DNA of 55,145 bases, from NCBI GenBank assembly GCA_049517415.1, contig JBEKSC010000019.1:1-55145 (forward strand), written 5' to 3'. Each line of letters starts with the position of its first letter. The first letter of the stretch is position 1. The stretch is from Candidatus Bathyarchaeia archaeon (GTDB lineage: Archaea > Thermoproteota > Bathyarchaeia > 40CM-2-53-6). The notes beneath the pieces were generated by a model that ran no database searches, had not been told where the DNA came from, and saw only the letters and a list, made by a program, of their open reading frames with translations. A program made the translations under genes and the position numbers. Below, one piece after another: positions 30,887 to 40,813 of the stretch.

Positions 30887-32383
30887 TCATCCAAATTCAG
30901 TTCGCAATCTTTTCGATTTGTTAGGCCTGATCTTGGCCATGATCGCCTGTTCGAATTTGGGTGAGGATACCAGCACCTCTCCCTTTCCCAGCGACGGCAA
31001 GAGCGCCCACAGGGAATCGGGCACGTTGCCCGTCGATTGCCGCAAGGCTTGGAGGTTTGGTGTTGAACCTAGTTTGTGAATGAAGCGCGTATTACAGAGC
31101 TCAATGAGCTCAGACGGCAGCAGGGCTGGCTGCTGCGATACAATGCCCAACCCAAGCCCCCTCTTCCTTCCTTGCCGCGCCATCTCGGTGAGCATAGTGA
31201 TTGTAGCGATCATCTTACTGCTCTTCCCTTTGCTAATGAAAGTATGAATCTCTTCGACGAAGAGCATCAGGGGTGATGATTGTGGGTGGTGTGTCTTGTA
31301 CGTGAAAATGTCCCGGAGATAGTGGGCTACGCAAAGGTTGCGGAGAACATCCGAAGACTCGCTCACATCAATCACTGATATTCTACCGGGGACGCAGAGC
31401 ATTTCAGGTGTGACTTTCTCGTATGGCACGTCAATTATGCCTGCGCGTTGAGCCACGGAAAGCTTCGTGAATAAGCCCATGTGGGCTTCAGCAACCATCT
31501 GAGGTACGGATGTCTTGTCAACCTGGCCCTCAATCCTCCTCCTGAGGGTGTTCATCACGCTGCTCAAATCATACGCTTGAAGGCTTCCGGACATGTCTTT
31601 GGCCTTTCGGGCGACATCGAGCAAATAGACGCGTTCGAATGGTGTTAATCCCAGAACATCGGCGAAAATCTCCAAATCAAGGTCTTGGAATGGGATTCCG
31701 AATTTTTTCGCCTTGGGGTTCAGGCTGCCATTAGGTGCGGGAACGTAAACGCGAAAGTCTTCGATGGAACCCGGTTTCTCGCCGAATTCCGAGAGTAGCG
31801 GGATAAGGTCCTCGGTCGGTTCGTTCATCCGCACAAACTCGCCTTCAATGTCAAACAATGCGATTGCACGGCCGCCCTTCGTGGCCTCTTCGGCGATTAC
31901 TTGTAGCGTGTTAGATTTCCCACTACCAGTTGTACCGAATATCCCCACGTGCCGGACCAACGTTCCGGAGTCTAAGGAAATTCCGACGTCAGGTTGTCCC
32001 AGCAGCTGGCCAAGTTTAATGTCCCCTGCGGCGCCCAGGTAACCTTGGGTAGCATCAGCGTCGAGCAAGGTAACTGGGCTTCCTGGTTGGGGTCGGCTTC
32101 GGAGCGCGGTCTTGCGTCCCTCAACCATCATGGCGCCAAGCTCCAGGCTGTAGAAGGTTGAACGCGAACCCTTCGTGAAGAACGGCCCATCAATAATTCG
32201 CGCAACGAAAGATTCCCCCGACGGGTCGGCTATGCGCACATACATACCACGCGGGGGCTTGGCATCTTCACACTCCATGCGGCAGTACTGGCTCTCGCCG
32301 CTCGAGAAAGCCTCGTCGAAGATCACGTGTCCAATCGAGCCTTGCAGCGATGCCCTTTGGGCGCTAACTGGTGCGGTTACCAT
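30887..32383 (-). CDS. HerA/DUF87 family ATPase
   Basis: HVGIFGTTGSGKS, FDIEGEF, LFVEEIH, ARQGRKRGLG..SQQP. Confidence 0.9.
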   Translation of the reverse strand: MVTAPVSAQRASLQGSIGHVIFDEAFSSGESQYCRMECEDAKPPRGMYVRIADPSGESFVARIIDGPFFTKGSRSTFYSLELGAMMVEGRKTALRSRPQPGSPVTLLDADATQGYLGAAGDIKLGQLLGQPDVGISLDSGTLVRHVGIFGTTGSGKSNTLQVIAEEATKGGRAIALFDIEGEFVRMNEPTEDLIPLLSEFGEKPGSIEDFRVYVPAPNGSLNPKAKKFGIPFQDLDLEIFADVLGLTPFERVYLLDVARKAKDMSGSLQAYDLSSVMNTLRRRIEGQVDKTSVPQMVAEAHMGLFTKLSVAQRAGIIDVPYEKVTPEMLCVPGRISVIDVSESSDVLRNLCVAHYLRDIFTYKTHHPQSSPLMLFVEEIHTFISKGKSSKMIATITMLTEMARQGRKRGLGLGIVSQQPALLPSELIELCNTRFIHKLGSTPNLQALRQSTGNVPDSLWALLPSLGKGEVLVSSPKFEQAIMAKIRPNKSKRLRTEFG

Positions 32384-32397
32384 CTGTGCGGTTCCTC

Positions 32398-33573
32398 CTA
32401 TGTTCGCATCTTCGGGGACGGCATGTCTGCTTGCGCTATGTCCAAGATCTTGCGGGCAACTTCGTCGGGCGTTAAACCTTCAGCTACGGAGATGCCATGT
32501 TTTGATGCTACGTCTCGGGCCCTGGCCGATAGTCGCGGTATGGCTCCGAAAACTGCTACATCCAGCTTGGCTTCGAGAAGTTTCACGTAGAGTTCTAGGA
32601 CCGGCTCCACTTCGACCTCGGCGTCGCTTGTACCGACATCTATTGCAACAACCTTCGGCCCTTTCTGAGCGACGATTGAAAATTGGGCTTGCTTCCCTCC
32701 GCCCTCAATTATTCCGGGTATGGTTAACTCGAATCCGTTACTCTGAAGCAATTTCGCAATCGCAGGTACACCGATGTGCGAGCGAATCTCGGGGAGCACC
32801 TTTTCGTTGATGTTGTAATTATAAACGTCCGTAATGAGGCCAGTTGTAAGGTTGAAGTCGACCTCGCATTTTCTGCAAAAGAAGCTCTGGGACGGGTCTT
32901 CAAAATGCGCTCCACACTTGTTACAGGCGCAGACTAGACCGATCAAACGTTGCTCGTCAGGCTTCTGGAGAACTTTCTTGCAGGAAGGGCACACCATACT
33001 CTTACCAACCCGAAACGCCCTCTCCTCGTGAATTGTCCCACAGGCTAGGTGCTCAACCATGCGATTAATCGAGATGTCTATGGACGCGCACTGGGTGCAC
33101 TTGAACCGCGCATATACGTTCGTTGGGGTGCCGCATTTTGGGCAGAAGGGCATCTTCTCGAACAGAGTAGCCGTGAGAAGCCTAATGTTAGCAAGTCGTT
33201 CGAGGAGTGCCGTGTCAACCGGCAGCCTCCTTCCTCCCTCAATTTCCAATGAATAGCGCGGGATACGGTCTACGCCAAATTCAGGCTCCAAGGATTTCTT
33301 GGAACCGTAAATGAAATGATTGCATACCTGCTGGACGCCTATCTCGCTGTAGGTTCGGACCCTCATTCGTTTCGCGATGGATTCGTCTGTCTTTGCTATC
33401 GCATATGCCATTGATTCCGCGTTCGAGATGCGCTCCTTGAGTTCCTTAGACATCGACTCAAATTGGTCCGGACTCAGTTTGTGGTTCGAAAATTGAGTCT
33501 CAAGGCTAGCAATCTCGCGAGTTAGCATCTCGATTTCGCCCAATGGATCAGCAGAGGGCTCTCTAGAAGGCAT
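32398..33573 (-). CDS. Second TackOD1-like zinc-ribbon protein, with N-terminal coiled coil and degenerate REase-like C-terminus
   Basis: CPKCG, CTQC, EHLACG, CPSC, CNKCG, CRKC; paralogous to 29093-30109. Confidence 0.75.
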   Translation of the reverse strand: MPSREPSADPLGEIEMLTREIASLETQFSNHKLSPDQFESMSKELKERISNAESMAYAIAKTDESIAKRMRVRTYSEIGVQQVCNHFIYGSKKSLEPEFGVDRIPRYSLEIEGGRRLPVDTALLERLANIRLLTATLFEKMPFCPKCGTPTNVYARFKCTQCASIDISINRMVEHLACGTIHEERAFRVGKSMVCPSCKKVLQKPDEQRLIGLVCACNKCGAHFEDPSQSFFCRKCEVDFNLTTGLITDVYNYNINEKVLPEIRSHIGVPAIAKLLQSNGFELTIPGIIEGGGKQAQFSIVAQKGPKVVAIDVGTSDAEVEVEPVLELYVKLLEAKLDVAVFGAIPRLSARARDVASKHGISVAEGLTPDEVARKILDIAQADMPSPKMRT

Positions 33574-33652
33574 TCGTGGTATTCTCTTTTGTTCGGACTG
33601 GTCACGCCAAATATAAGTAGTCCTTCACCGGTCCGGGCAAGTTGTCATCTCT

Positions 33653-35686
33653 ATGAAGAAAATTAGCGCAGTCTCAGCCTGCCTTGTTGCATCCATCTGT
33701 CTTACAACAATGCTCGCAAGTAGTCACCCGGTCTACGCAACGTCGGGGACAGTTTCCACTGATCAAGCAATCTATCCCATATGGAAAATCGGCGGATCCA
33801 TCACTGGAACGGCCCAAAACCTCGCAATAAACACAACCTATTACATTTGGCTGCAAAAACCCCAAACTCTCATTTCGCAGTTTCTCGGCGCTCATTTCAC
33901 AACCACAAACAGTACTACGAAAGTCCCGATCGTGTTGGCCATATCCCCAAGCGACCCTGTCGGAACGTACACCTTGAGTTTGTCAACCTCAGGAACGACT
34001 GATTCAAGGGACTCGGTTGCTCATTTTGGAGTCCTAGGCACGGACTCGCAATCATACGAAAGAACCAGAATCGTTACCATCGCGGGGGGAGGTTTCGCTC
34101 CCAATTCCCTGATCACTCTCGACGTCAGGACAAGGAACAACTCTTACCCGGCCTTCCCCGTAACCATCGCCGCGCAAGGAAGTGGGGAATTTGATTACAC
34201 CTTCAAACTGCCCCCTTCAGCGGAGACCGGAACGATCAACGCAACCATAACGGGACTAACCTACGACAAACGCCAGAAGGGGGCTGCAAGCTCTTTCTTC
34301 ACAGTCAAGCCGACCACAATCACCGCTCAAGCCTTTCGGGCGCCAGCCTCTCAAGTTCAGAGAACCGTCGAAGTGAACACCACCTACCGGATACTATACG
34401 CCGATAAATCCCCAGTGACAAACGCAAACGCAACCGCCGATATTATGGCGGCAGGACATAAGCTGACGACTGTGCCACTTGTACTTGTGAATTCGACGAC
34501 AGGCGAATGGAAAGCCGCATGGACGCCCTCGCGGTCAGCTAATGTTACGACGTACCACTTTCAATTTAGCCTAGCAAATTTCACAGACGCCTACGGCAAC
34601 ACGGGACACGGCATCCCGGTGGCTTCCTCAGACTTCAATGTGAGCCCTGCGAAGCTACAGCTTACGATTCAAACAAACCCCACATTCCAACGAACTCAGA
34701 CAGCAATCATTACTCTCTCAGCGGTCTACCCGAATGAAGCCGATGTCTCAAATGTGACTCTGGCTAACGTAATAGTCACTCAAAGCGACAGGCAGCTCTC
34801 GACCCTCACCGCTTCGGTGAATGGTACACTGGTGCCTGCACGTTACTTGATCCCCGTCAACGCGTCACTGGGAAACTACACTGTGCGTTACAGCGTTCAG
34901 GACCTATGGGGAAATTCCGGGACCAGCAAGTCCATCATCCTAATCCAAGTTGCTACCCCCACATTCCAACTCCAAACGCCCCCAAACACCGAGCGTACAA
35001 CATTCCTGAACGTCACAACCAAAATGTACTATCCTAGCGGCGCACCGATGAATTCAACAACCACGCTGATGGTTTCTCATGGAAATCGAACCTGGACACC
35101 GGAACTCAATTTCAACTCAACCACCCTCGTATGGTCCGGCTCGCTGTACATCGTGCAGAATGCAACCCTCGGCCCCTACAATATCACTTGGACGACGCAT
35201 GATTCGCACGGAAACGGCGGAATCAACAACTCCACGACTGAGGTAATACCTGCGCGTTTCAGATTCCACTTGACATCAAATAACTCAACGATGAACGCCC
35301 TGAGTAACCTGGATCTCAATATCACTATCCGGTACCCGAATGGAACCACATTGACCAACATGTTTGGAAATGTAACTGGTTCTTACACGAATTCTACGGG
35401 GAGCCTGCTCACACTCCCGCTCGCATACAACGAAACCGACACAGACTGGCACATGTACATTCAGGTACCTGAGGAAGGAAACTTAACCTTCTCCTTTAGC
35501 GCCGTTGACCGCTTCGGAAACGCCGGACTCGCAACGAACGCGTTCAACCTTAAAATCACTCCGTCCCAGCGCGTCGCAACACAGAGACTGATCATCGCCG
35601 GGGTCATAGGAGCACTAGTACCTGTAGCACTCTTGATCTGGGCAATTGCAACGATCTCAACGAGAAGAAGAAAACACCGCCCCTAA
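33653..35686 (+). CDS. Membrane-anchored cell-surface glycoprotein (Ig-like repeats)
   Basis: Signal peptide, Thr-rich, many N-x-S/T sequons, repeated YPNG / D..GN motifs, C-terminal TM plus RRRKH. Confidence 0.85.
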   Translation: MKKISAVSACLVASICLTTMLASSHPVYATSGTVSTDQAIYPIWKIGGSITGTAQNLAINTTYYIWLQKPQTLISQFLGAHFTTTNSTTKVPIVLAISPSDPVGTYTLSLSTSGTTDSRDSVAHFGVLGTDSQSYERTRIVTIAGGGFAPNSLITLDVRTRNNSYPAFPVTIAAQGSGEFDYTFKLPPSAETGTINATITGLTYDKRQKGAASSFFTVKPTTITAQAFRAPASQVQRTVEVNTTYRILYADKSPVTNANATADIMAAGHKLTTVPLVLVNSTTGEWKAAWTPSRSANVTTYHFQFSLANFTDAYGNTGHGIPVASSDFNVSPAKLQLTIQTNPTFQRTQTAIITLSAVYPNEADVSNVTLANVIVTQSDRQLSTLTASVNGTLVPARYLIPVNASLGNYTVRYSVQDLWGNSGTSKSIILIQVATPTFQLQTPPNTERTTFLNVTTKMYYPSGAPMNSTTTLMVSHGNRTWTPELNFNSTTLVWSGSLYIVQNATLGPYNITWTTHDSHGNGGINNSTTEVIPARFRFHLTSNNSTMNALSNLDLNITIRYPNGTTLTNMFGNVTGSYTNSTGSLLTLPLAYNETDTDWHMYIQVPEEGNLTFSFSAVDRFGNAGLATNAFNLKITPSQRVATQRLIIAGVIGALVPVALLIWAIATISTRRRKHRP

Positions 35687-35760
35687 AGGCTAGCAAGTCG
35701 GCCTTGTGCTATTTGGCACTCATTTAACCTCAAAGTGCCGGTTGATGTAGTATAACGGGG

Positions 35761-35925
35761 CTAGTCGATAACTAACTGGCGTTCTTGGCCGCACATACTG
35801 CAAGTCCAATTGAACACTGTAGGATGAGGGCGATCGGTAACCGGGGACCAAAGTTTTCTCAGAGCCTCACGTTGACGAGAGCAAGCCGGACAAGACTCTT
35901 CAGGTCTCAAACTCTGAATAACCAT
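35761..35925 (-). CDS. Small zinc-ribbon protein (54 aa; not in the ORF track)
   Basis: MVIQSLRPEESCPAC...WTCSMCGQERQLVID; SD AAGGAGG. Confidence 0.7.
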   Translation of the reverse strand: MVIQSLRPEESCPACSRQREALRKLWSPVTDRPHPTVFNWTCSMCGQERQLVID

Positions 35926-36108
35926 TAAACAATCCTCCTTAGCGTATATTTATGATTAATTTGCCCGCCACTTTGAGACCCGCTCCAAGTTCTTTGTTTT
36001 TGTGTAACTCGAGTTTCAATGCCAAAGTCATATTCATTCTAGTTCCGTTTCTTGAACTGTAACTATCCTGGAACCATCCTAGTGACAAGAAACGTTTTTG
36101 CGCTGCCT

Positions 36109-36636
36109 TCAGAAGAACTCCGATTCAGCAACCGCCATTTCTTCCGGAGTTTTGGCTTGGGAGTATGAGTCTAGGGGCTCGTGGTTGAGTGTGAAGAATG
36201 TGTTTCCCCACTTGAATGGTGAGAGCAATCGCTTCGCTGGCTCAACGAAGCCCGTTATGTATAGAGCAGCGGCCATGGCTTCAGCAGAGGACAGCTTATG
36301 CTGTTTGGCGTAATTGGTAGGGTTCGAGGCTAGGAGAGTCGGCAACCTTCTACCTGATCCCGGAAGGCGAGTTGCAAGCGCGGAATCAGCCTTTTCCCAA
36401 GAACAGTCGACCGCAACTAAGCCATACGCTTCAATAATCGATCCATCCTTTGGTAAGACAACCATAGATGAGAACGGGTTTAACACGATAGAACGCCGTG
36501 GAATCTGAGCAGCTCTGTACAGTGGCCTTGAGAGTCTCAATCTAGCTAGCTTGGCAGCAGTGCACTTACGCGGATCGTCCTGCCTCATCAGTACAACAAA
36601 CAATTTTGGCTCGGAAATCGTCGGTGCCTCACTCAA
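36109..36636 (-). CDS. tsr3: 16S rRNA aminocarboxypropyltransferase Tsr3
   Basis: QDDPRKCTA, VDCSW, RRLPTLLASNPTNY, FKWG. Confidence 0.93.
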   Translation of the reverse strand: MSEAPTISEPKLFVVLMRQDDPRKCTAAKLARLRLSRPLYRAAQIPRRSIVLNPFSSMVVLPKDGSIIEAYGLVAVDCSWEKADSALATRLPGSGRRLPTLLASNPTNYAKQHKLSSAEAMAAALYITGFVEPAKRLLSPFKWGNTFFTLNHEPLDSYSQAKTPEEMAVAESEFF

Positions 36637-36659
36637 TGTACAAGTTCAAAGGGCTTCTG

Positions 36660-38198
36660 TTATTGAAGCCTCTTTTCAAGAATGGCTTTGTGGCACATCG
36701 GGTCGTTCATAACCTTGGGTATATGCTCAAGTAGGTCGGTGGCGGTTAGGTGGTATCCAAGCTGTTCTTCCGCGAAATCCCCTGCGGCCCCGTTGATAAA
36801 CGCCCCTGCCACGGCAGCTCTGAATCCATCAACGCCTTGCGCCAGCAACCCAGCTACTATTCCAGATAACACGTCACCAGTCCCGCCCACAGTCATCCCT
36901 GGGTTGCCCGTATTGTTTAACTTTACTCGCATCCCATCCGAAACCACGTCCGTATGCCCCTTCAATAGAACGACACCGCCGCTTCTCGACGCGAAGTTTC
37001 TGACTTCATTCGGCCGCACCTTCATGTCCCGGGATGGGGGCTTGCCTGAGATTGCCTGAAACTCACCTGCATGCGGAGTCATAACAGTTGATGCGTCAAA
37101 CATCTTCTTCTTGACCACGCCAAGCGCTCTCAAACCGTCCGCGTCCAACAGAAGCGGCTTCTTCAACCGTAACACGAGTGCAACAATCCGGCGAACCGCG
37201 GAAACCGTCTGCTTATTCAGCCCAAGCCCAGGCCCGATGGCAACAGCATTCGCTTTCTCAATTTGTTCTCGAAGTATGCTGATGTGCGGTGGCGCGAGGT
37301 TTTGGCCGGGGAGTTTAATTGTGATGAGGTCGGGAGAAATTGATGAAATCGCTAATGCTGTCTTTTCCGGTGCGGCTACGAAGACTAAGTCAGTGCCTGC
37401 ACGGTATGCTCCTAGGGCGACGTGGGTTGGGGCTCCTGTGTAGACTTCGCTTCCTCCGATAACGAGTAACCGTCCGAATTGGCCCTTACGCGCGTCAGGG
37501 GGCCTCTCCAACACTACGGCGGCCACGTCACCCGGCCCCGCATAGGCCGCTGCCTCAAGCGGTATCCCAATACTCGCGATCTTGACTTCACCGCAGAACT
37601 CCTTCGCTTTGGCGAAGCCCTTCTTCATTGCGTGGAGTGTAACTGTGAGGTTGGCGCGCACAGCTTCACCAAGTATCTCGCCCGTATCAGAGTCTATCCC
37701 GGTTGGGACATCTACGGCGACCTTGTAGCCACGAGACGCATTGATCACCTCAACGGCTTTGAGAATGGGTTGACGCAGTTTCCCTCTGACACCGGTTCCG
37801 AGAAGTGCATCAACAACGACGTCGGAGTCCGATTCGGATAATGATGAGGAGTCATGATATTGATCTATCTTGACGGTTGTGGACATCGATTTGAGGGCAC
37901 GCCAGTTCTGAAGAACTGCGGCATCTGAGATTGAATCCTCGCTACCCACGAGCTTGAATGATATGCGGAGGCCTCCTCCGGCGAGGTGCCGCGCAACGAC
38001 CATTCCGTCCCCTCCATTCCTACCGGTGCCACTATAGATCACAACCGAGCTGCCAGCCCCAAACCGAGCAACGATTTCATCAGCCACAGAACGTCCTGCA
38101 TTCTCCATTAGTTGTAGTGTAGACACCCCTAGGTACTCGGAATTCCTGTCGAGAATGGTTGCTTCGAGGGATGTCATCGCGGAGTTTGGAGTGGTCAA
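36660..38198 (-). CDS. nnr: Bifunctional NAD(P)HX epimerase/dehydratase
   Basis: LMENAG, GRNGGDG, DALLGTG, VDVPTG, TPHAGEF, GGTGDVL. Confidence 0.95.
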   Translation of the reverse strand: MTTPNSAMTSLEATILDRNSEYLGVSTLQLMENAGRSVADEIVARFGAGSSVVIYSGTGRNGGDGMVVARHLAGGGLRISFKLVGSEDSISDAAVLQNWRALKSMSTTVKIDQYHDSSSLSESDSDVVVDALLGTGVRGKLRQPILKAVEVINASRGYKVAVDVPTGIDSDTGEILGEAVRANLTVTLHAMKKGFAKAKEFCGEVKIASIGIPLEAAAYAGPGDVAAVVLERPPDARKGQFGRLLVIGGSEVYTGAPTHVALGAYRAGTDLVFVAAPEKTALAISSISPDLITIKLPGQNLAPPHISILREQIEKANAVAIGPGLGLNKQTVSAVRRIVALVLRLKKPLLLDADGLRALGVVKKKMFDASTVMTPHAGEFQAISGKPPSRDMKVRPNEVRNFASRSGGVVLLKGHTDVVSDGMRVKLNNTGNPGMTVGGTGDVLSGIVAGLLAQGVDGFRAAVAGAFINGAAGDFAEEQLGYHLTATDLLEHIPKVMNDPMCHKAILEKRLQ

Positions 38199-38452
38199 AA
38201 CCGGTCCCGGATGGTCACTCCAAGCGGTCTGGTAAATGTTGTGGGACGAGGAGCTAGTTCCTTGAATTCAACACGGCAACTTGTTTTTTCACGGTTGCCT
38301 TGCCGTTGAAACGATTGTGATTGCTGCTTTCGTTGATTCCCTCCAGACGGCGACTCTGGGCCAACAAGGCTCGCTCTTCATTGACGCCAGTAACGAGTTA
38401 GGCAAATGTTTTTAGCGGTACCTTGAGCATCAAGCTTCCACGAGGTTCTGTA

Positions 38453-38689
38453 ATGCCACTAGCCTTCGTCCTGATTAATGCTGAAATCGGTTCGGAAGAC
38501 GAAGTAGCCGGAGAGCTGCGCAAGCTAGGCAATGTGAAGGAATCATACGTCGTTTATGGCGTCTACGATATTGTTGCGAAAGTCGAAGCTGAGTCCATGG
38601 ACAAGCTAAAAGAAATTGTCACCTGGAAGATACGCAGGCTCGAAAAGGTGCGCTCGACACTCACAATGATTGTTGTGGAAGGAACCTAA
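38453..38689 (+). CDS. Lrp/AsnC ligand-binding (RAM) domain protein
   Basis: AFVLIN..G, VYGVYDIVAKV, VRSTLTMIV. Confidence 0.9.
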   Translation: MPLAFVLINAEIGSEDEVAGELRKLGNVKESYVVYGVYDIVAKVEAESMDKLKEIVTWKIRRLEKVRSTLTMIVVEGT

Positions 38690-38742
38690 CCTATACGACA
38701 AGGAGAGTCGGTCCAGGAAAAATACCGACTAGGTTTCTATTC

Positions 38743-40068
38743 GTGGAACTGCACATAGGAATTGATGATACAGATTCGACGAAGGGCGGTTGCACCACAT
38801 ATATCGCAGCCCGACTAGTCGAAAAACTGTCTAAGCTCGGTGCCAAGTTCACAGACTACCCGAACATCATTCGTTTGAACCCAAACATCCCCTACAAAAC
38901 TCGCGGGAACGCGGCGGTATCCCTACGACTCAATATTCCTGACGAACTCTACGATTCGGTTCAAGAGGAGACTATCGAGGAGGTAGAAGAAAACACTCGG
39001 TTAGGGACCGTGGGGACTGATCCGGCAATCGTCTTCTTGAAAGGTAGACCGCCCCTCAAAATTAGAAACCTTTCCCGCAAAGCTCTGATAGATGTTGTTA
39101 GCGTGCAGGAGGCGCAGGAAGCACTCACCCGCTGCCACGTGACCGGGGTCACATACGGTTCTCGTCTAGGCTTAGTTGGCGCCTTATCGGCGACCGGCCA
39201 AGAACTCGATGGCGACCACACGTTCGAGCTGGTCGCCTACAGGGAGAAAAAGAACTGGGGAACGCCAAGGCGCGTCGACCAGATGTCCGTGAAGAGAATG
39301 GATCGGCTTACCGCACCTCAAACGTTCAACAGCTATGATTTTGATAATGAACGAACGCTGGTTACGCCACATGGTCCGGACCCAGTGCTTCTAGGTATTC
39401 GAGGAGAAAGCTCCCGCGCCGTTGTAAACGCACTTCACATGGTGAGAATTCGAGAACCAGTGGAACGATGGGTTGTGTTTAGGACAAACCATGGAACAGA
39501 CGCGCATTTCAACGCTACACGTTTGAACGGTCAAATTGGACCCTTCAGGACTGCCGTTCTTAAGGGAACCGTCGTTGACAAACCCGAACGTATTACAGGC
39601 GGCCATGTATTCTTCACGCTCAAGTGCAACAAGTTAAGAGTTCACTGTGCAGCCTTCGAACCCACTGGTAAGTTTCGGGAAATCGTGGCGAAACTGATTC
39701 CGGGAGATCAAGTCACTGTCCTAGGAGGCTTAAGAAAACATGCTGGCTTCCCGATCGCACTGAACTTGGAGAAGCTTCAGATCCACCGCTTGCAAGAGGA
39801 TGTTAGAATTGAGAATCCAACTTGCCCACGGTGTGGCAAACATTTGAAATCATCTGGCAAAGGGCAGGGTTTCAAATGTGTAAAGTGCTCGTTTAAAGCA
39901 CCAAACGCTAAGAAGAGCTCGACCCGCAGACATCGGTCCTTGGATGCAGGCCTCTACGTTCCCGACAGGAAGGCCCAAAGGCATCTGACCAAACCGCTGT
40001 CACGTTATGGATTGGAAAAGAAAAGACAGCGCAAAGGTCCCCCTGTTGGCAAATGGCACGACCCGTAG
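38743..40068 (+). CDS. tiaS: tRNA(Ile2) agmatinylcytidine synthase
   Basis: IGIDDTDS..GGCTT, RLNPNIPYKTRGN, PHGPDPVLLGIRG, GGHV, AFEPT, CPRC zinc ribbon, HLTKP. Confidence 0.95.
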   Translation: MELHIGIDDTDSTKGGCTTYIAARLVEKLSKLGAKFTDYPNIIRLNPNIPYKTRGNAAVSLRLNIPDELYDSVQEETIEEVEENTRLGTVGTDPAIVFLKGRPPLKIRNLSRKALIDVVSVQEAQEALTRCHVTGVTYGSRLGLVGALSATGQELDGDHTFELVAYREKKNWGTPRRVDQMSVKRMDRLTAPQTFNSYDFDNERTLVTPHGPDPVLLGIRGESSRAVVNALHMVRIREPVERWVVFRTNHGTDAHFNATRLNGQIGPFRTAVLKGTVVDKPERITGGHVFFTLKCNKLRVHCAAFEPTGKFREIVAKLIPGDQVTVLGGLRKHAGFPIALNLEKLQIHRLQEDVRIENPTCPRCGKHLKSSGKGQGFKCVKCSFKAPNAKKSSTRRHRSLDAGLYVPDRKAQRHLTKPLSRYGLEKKRQRKGPPVGKWHDP

Positions 40069-40234
40069 GACTAAAGAAACTGCCCCGGCGGGGGGCAATT
40101 GCTCTACATGTGGCATATACAACCTTCTGCGAAATCCATGCCGCACAAGGGAGAAGTTTGTCATAGTCAGTGGTATATGACGCGCAAGGTTTATTCGCGA
40201 TGTCGCTACGGCTCATTGCATAAGTGAATCAGAA

Positions 40235-40609
40235 ATGTCGTATTACTATGTTCCGAGACCACCGGTTCCATACGCTGTCTACGTGCCGCAGCAATGCTAC
40301 ACGACTGAGCAACGTCTAGCCCCTCAGCCTCCAGAGGTTTTCTACCAACCCCCGCCTCAGTACTACTGCTATCAGCCTCCAGCCACGATGCAAGCCTATC
40401 AACCCCCGGCCCAGGTCTACCAGCCTCCGACCCAGTACTACTTCCAGCAGACTCCGGCCCAAGCATACGCCTACCAGCCTCCAGCCGTTAGGGTGAGTGA
40501 CTCTGGCGGATATGGCGCATATGGCGGATTCGGCGGATACGGCCGATATGGCGGATACGGCGGATTCGGCGGATACGGCCGATATGGCGGATTCGGCGAA
40601 TTCTGGTAA
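40235..40609 (+). CDS. Low-complexity Pro/Gln/Tyr- and Gly/aromatic-repeat protein
   Basis: Repeated YQPP units, then 11x G-x-(Y/F). Confidence 0.6.
   Translation: MSYYYVPRPPVPYAVYVPQQCYTTEQRLAPQPPEVFYQPPPQYYCYQPPATMQAYQPPAQVYQPPTQYYFQQTPAQAYAYQPPAVRVSDSGGYGAYGGFGGYGRYGGYGGFGGYGRYGGFGEFW
40505..40603 (+). repeat. 11 x 9-bp tandem coding repeat
   Basis: GGC-(GGA/GCA/CGA/GAA)-(TAT/TAC/TTC) units. Confidence 0.85.
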
Positions 40610-40813
40610 ACACCCCATCCACCCCCCTCGCCAAAAGAAGTTGTCAGAGAGCCAAGAATTTCTTTAATTCTTTAATTCTTTGGAAGATAGATACCTGTAA
40701 GCAAGATGTTTCATGGGGATGACTTCTAAGCTCATTACCTCCTGTCTTGCAAACCTCAGGATTAACAACGGTTAACCAATCTTTAATTCCGACACGTGAA
40801 AAATTGCTTACGC

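Noticed and set aside
40505..40603. Short repeats as a CRISPR array
   Set aside because: Contiguous 9-bp coding repeats with no spacers and no cas genes
40617..40627. ATCCACCCCCC matching the tRNA-iMet T-arm as an att site
   Set aside because: Only 11 bp, low complexity, and upstream rather than downstream of the tRNA
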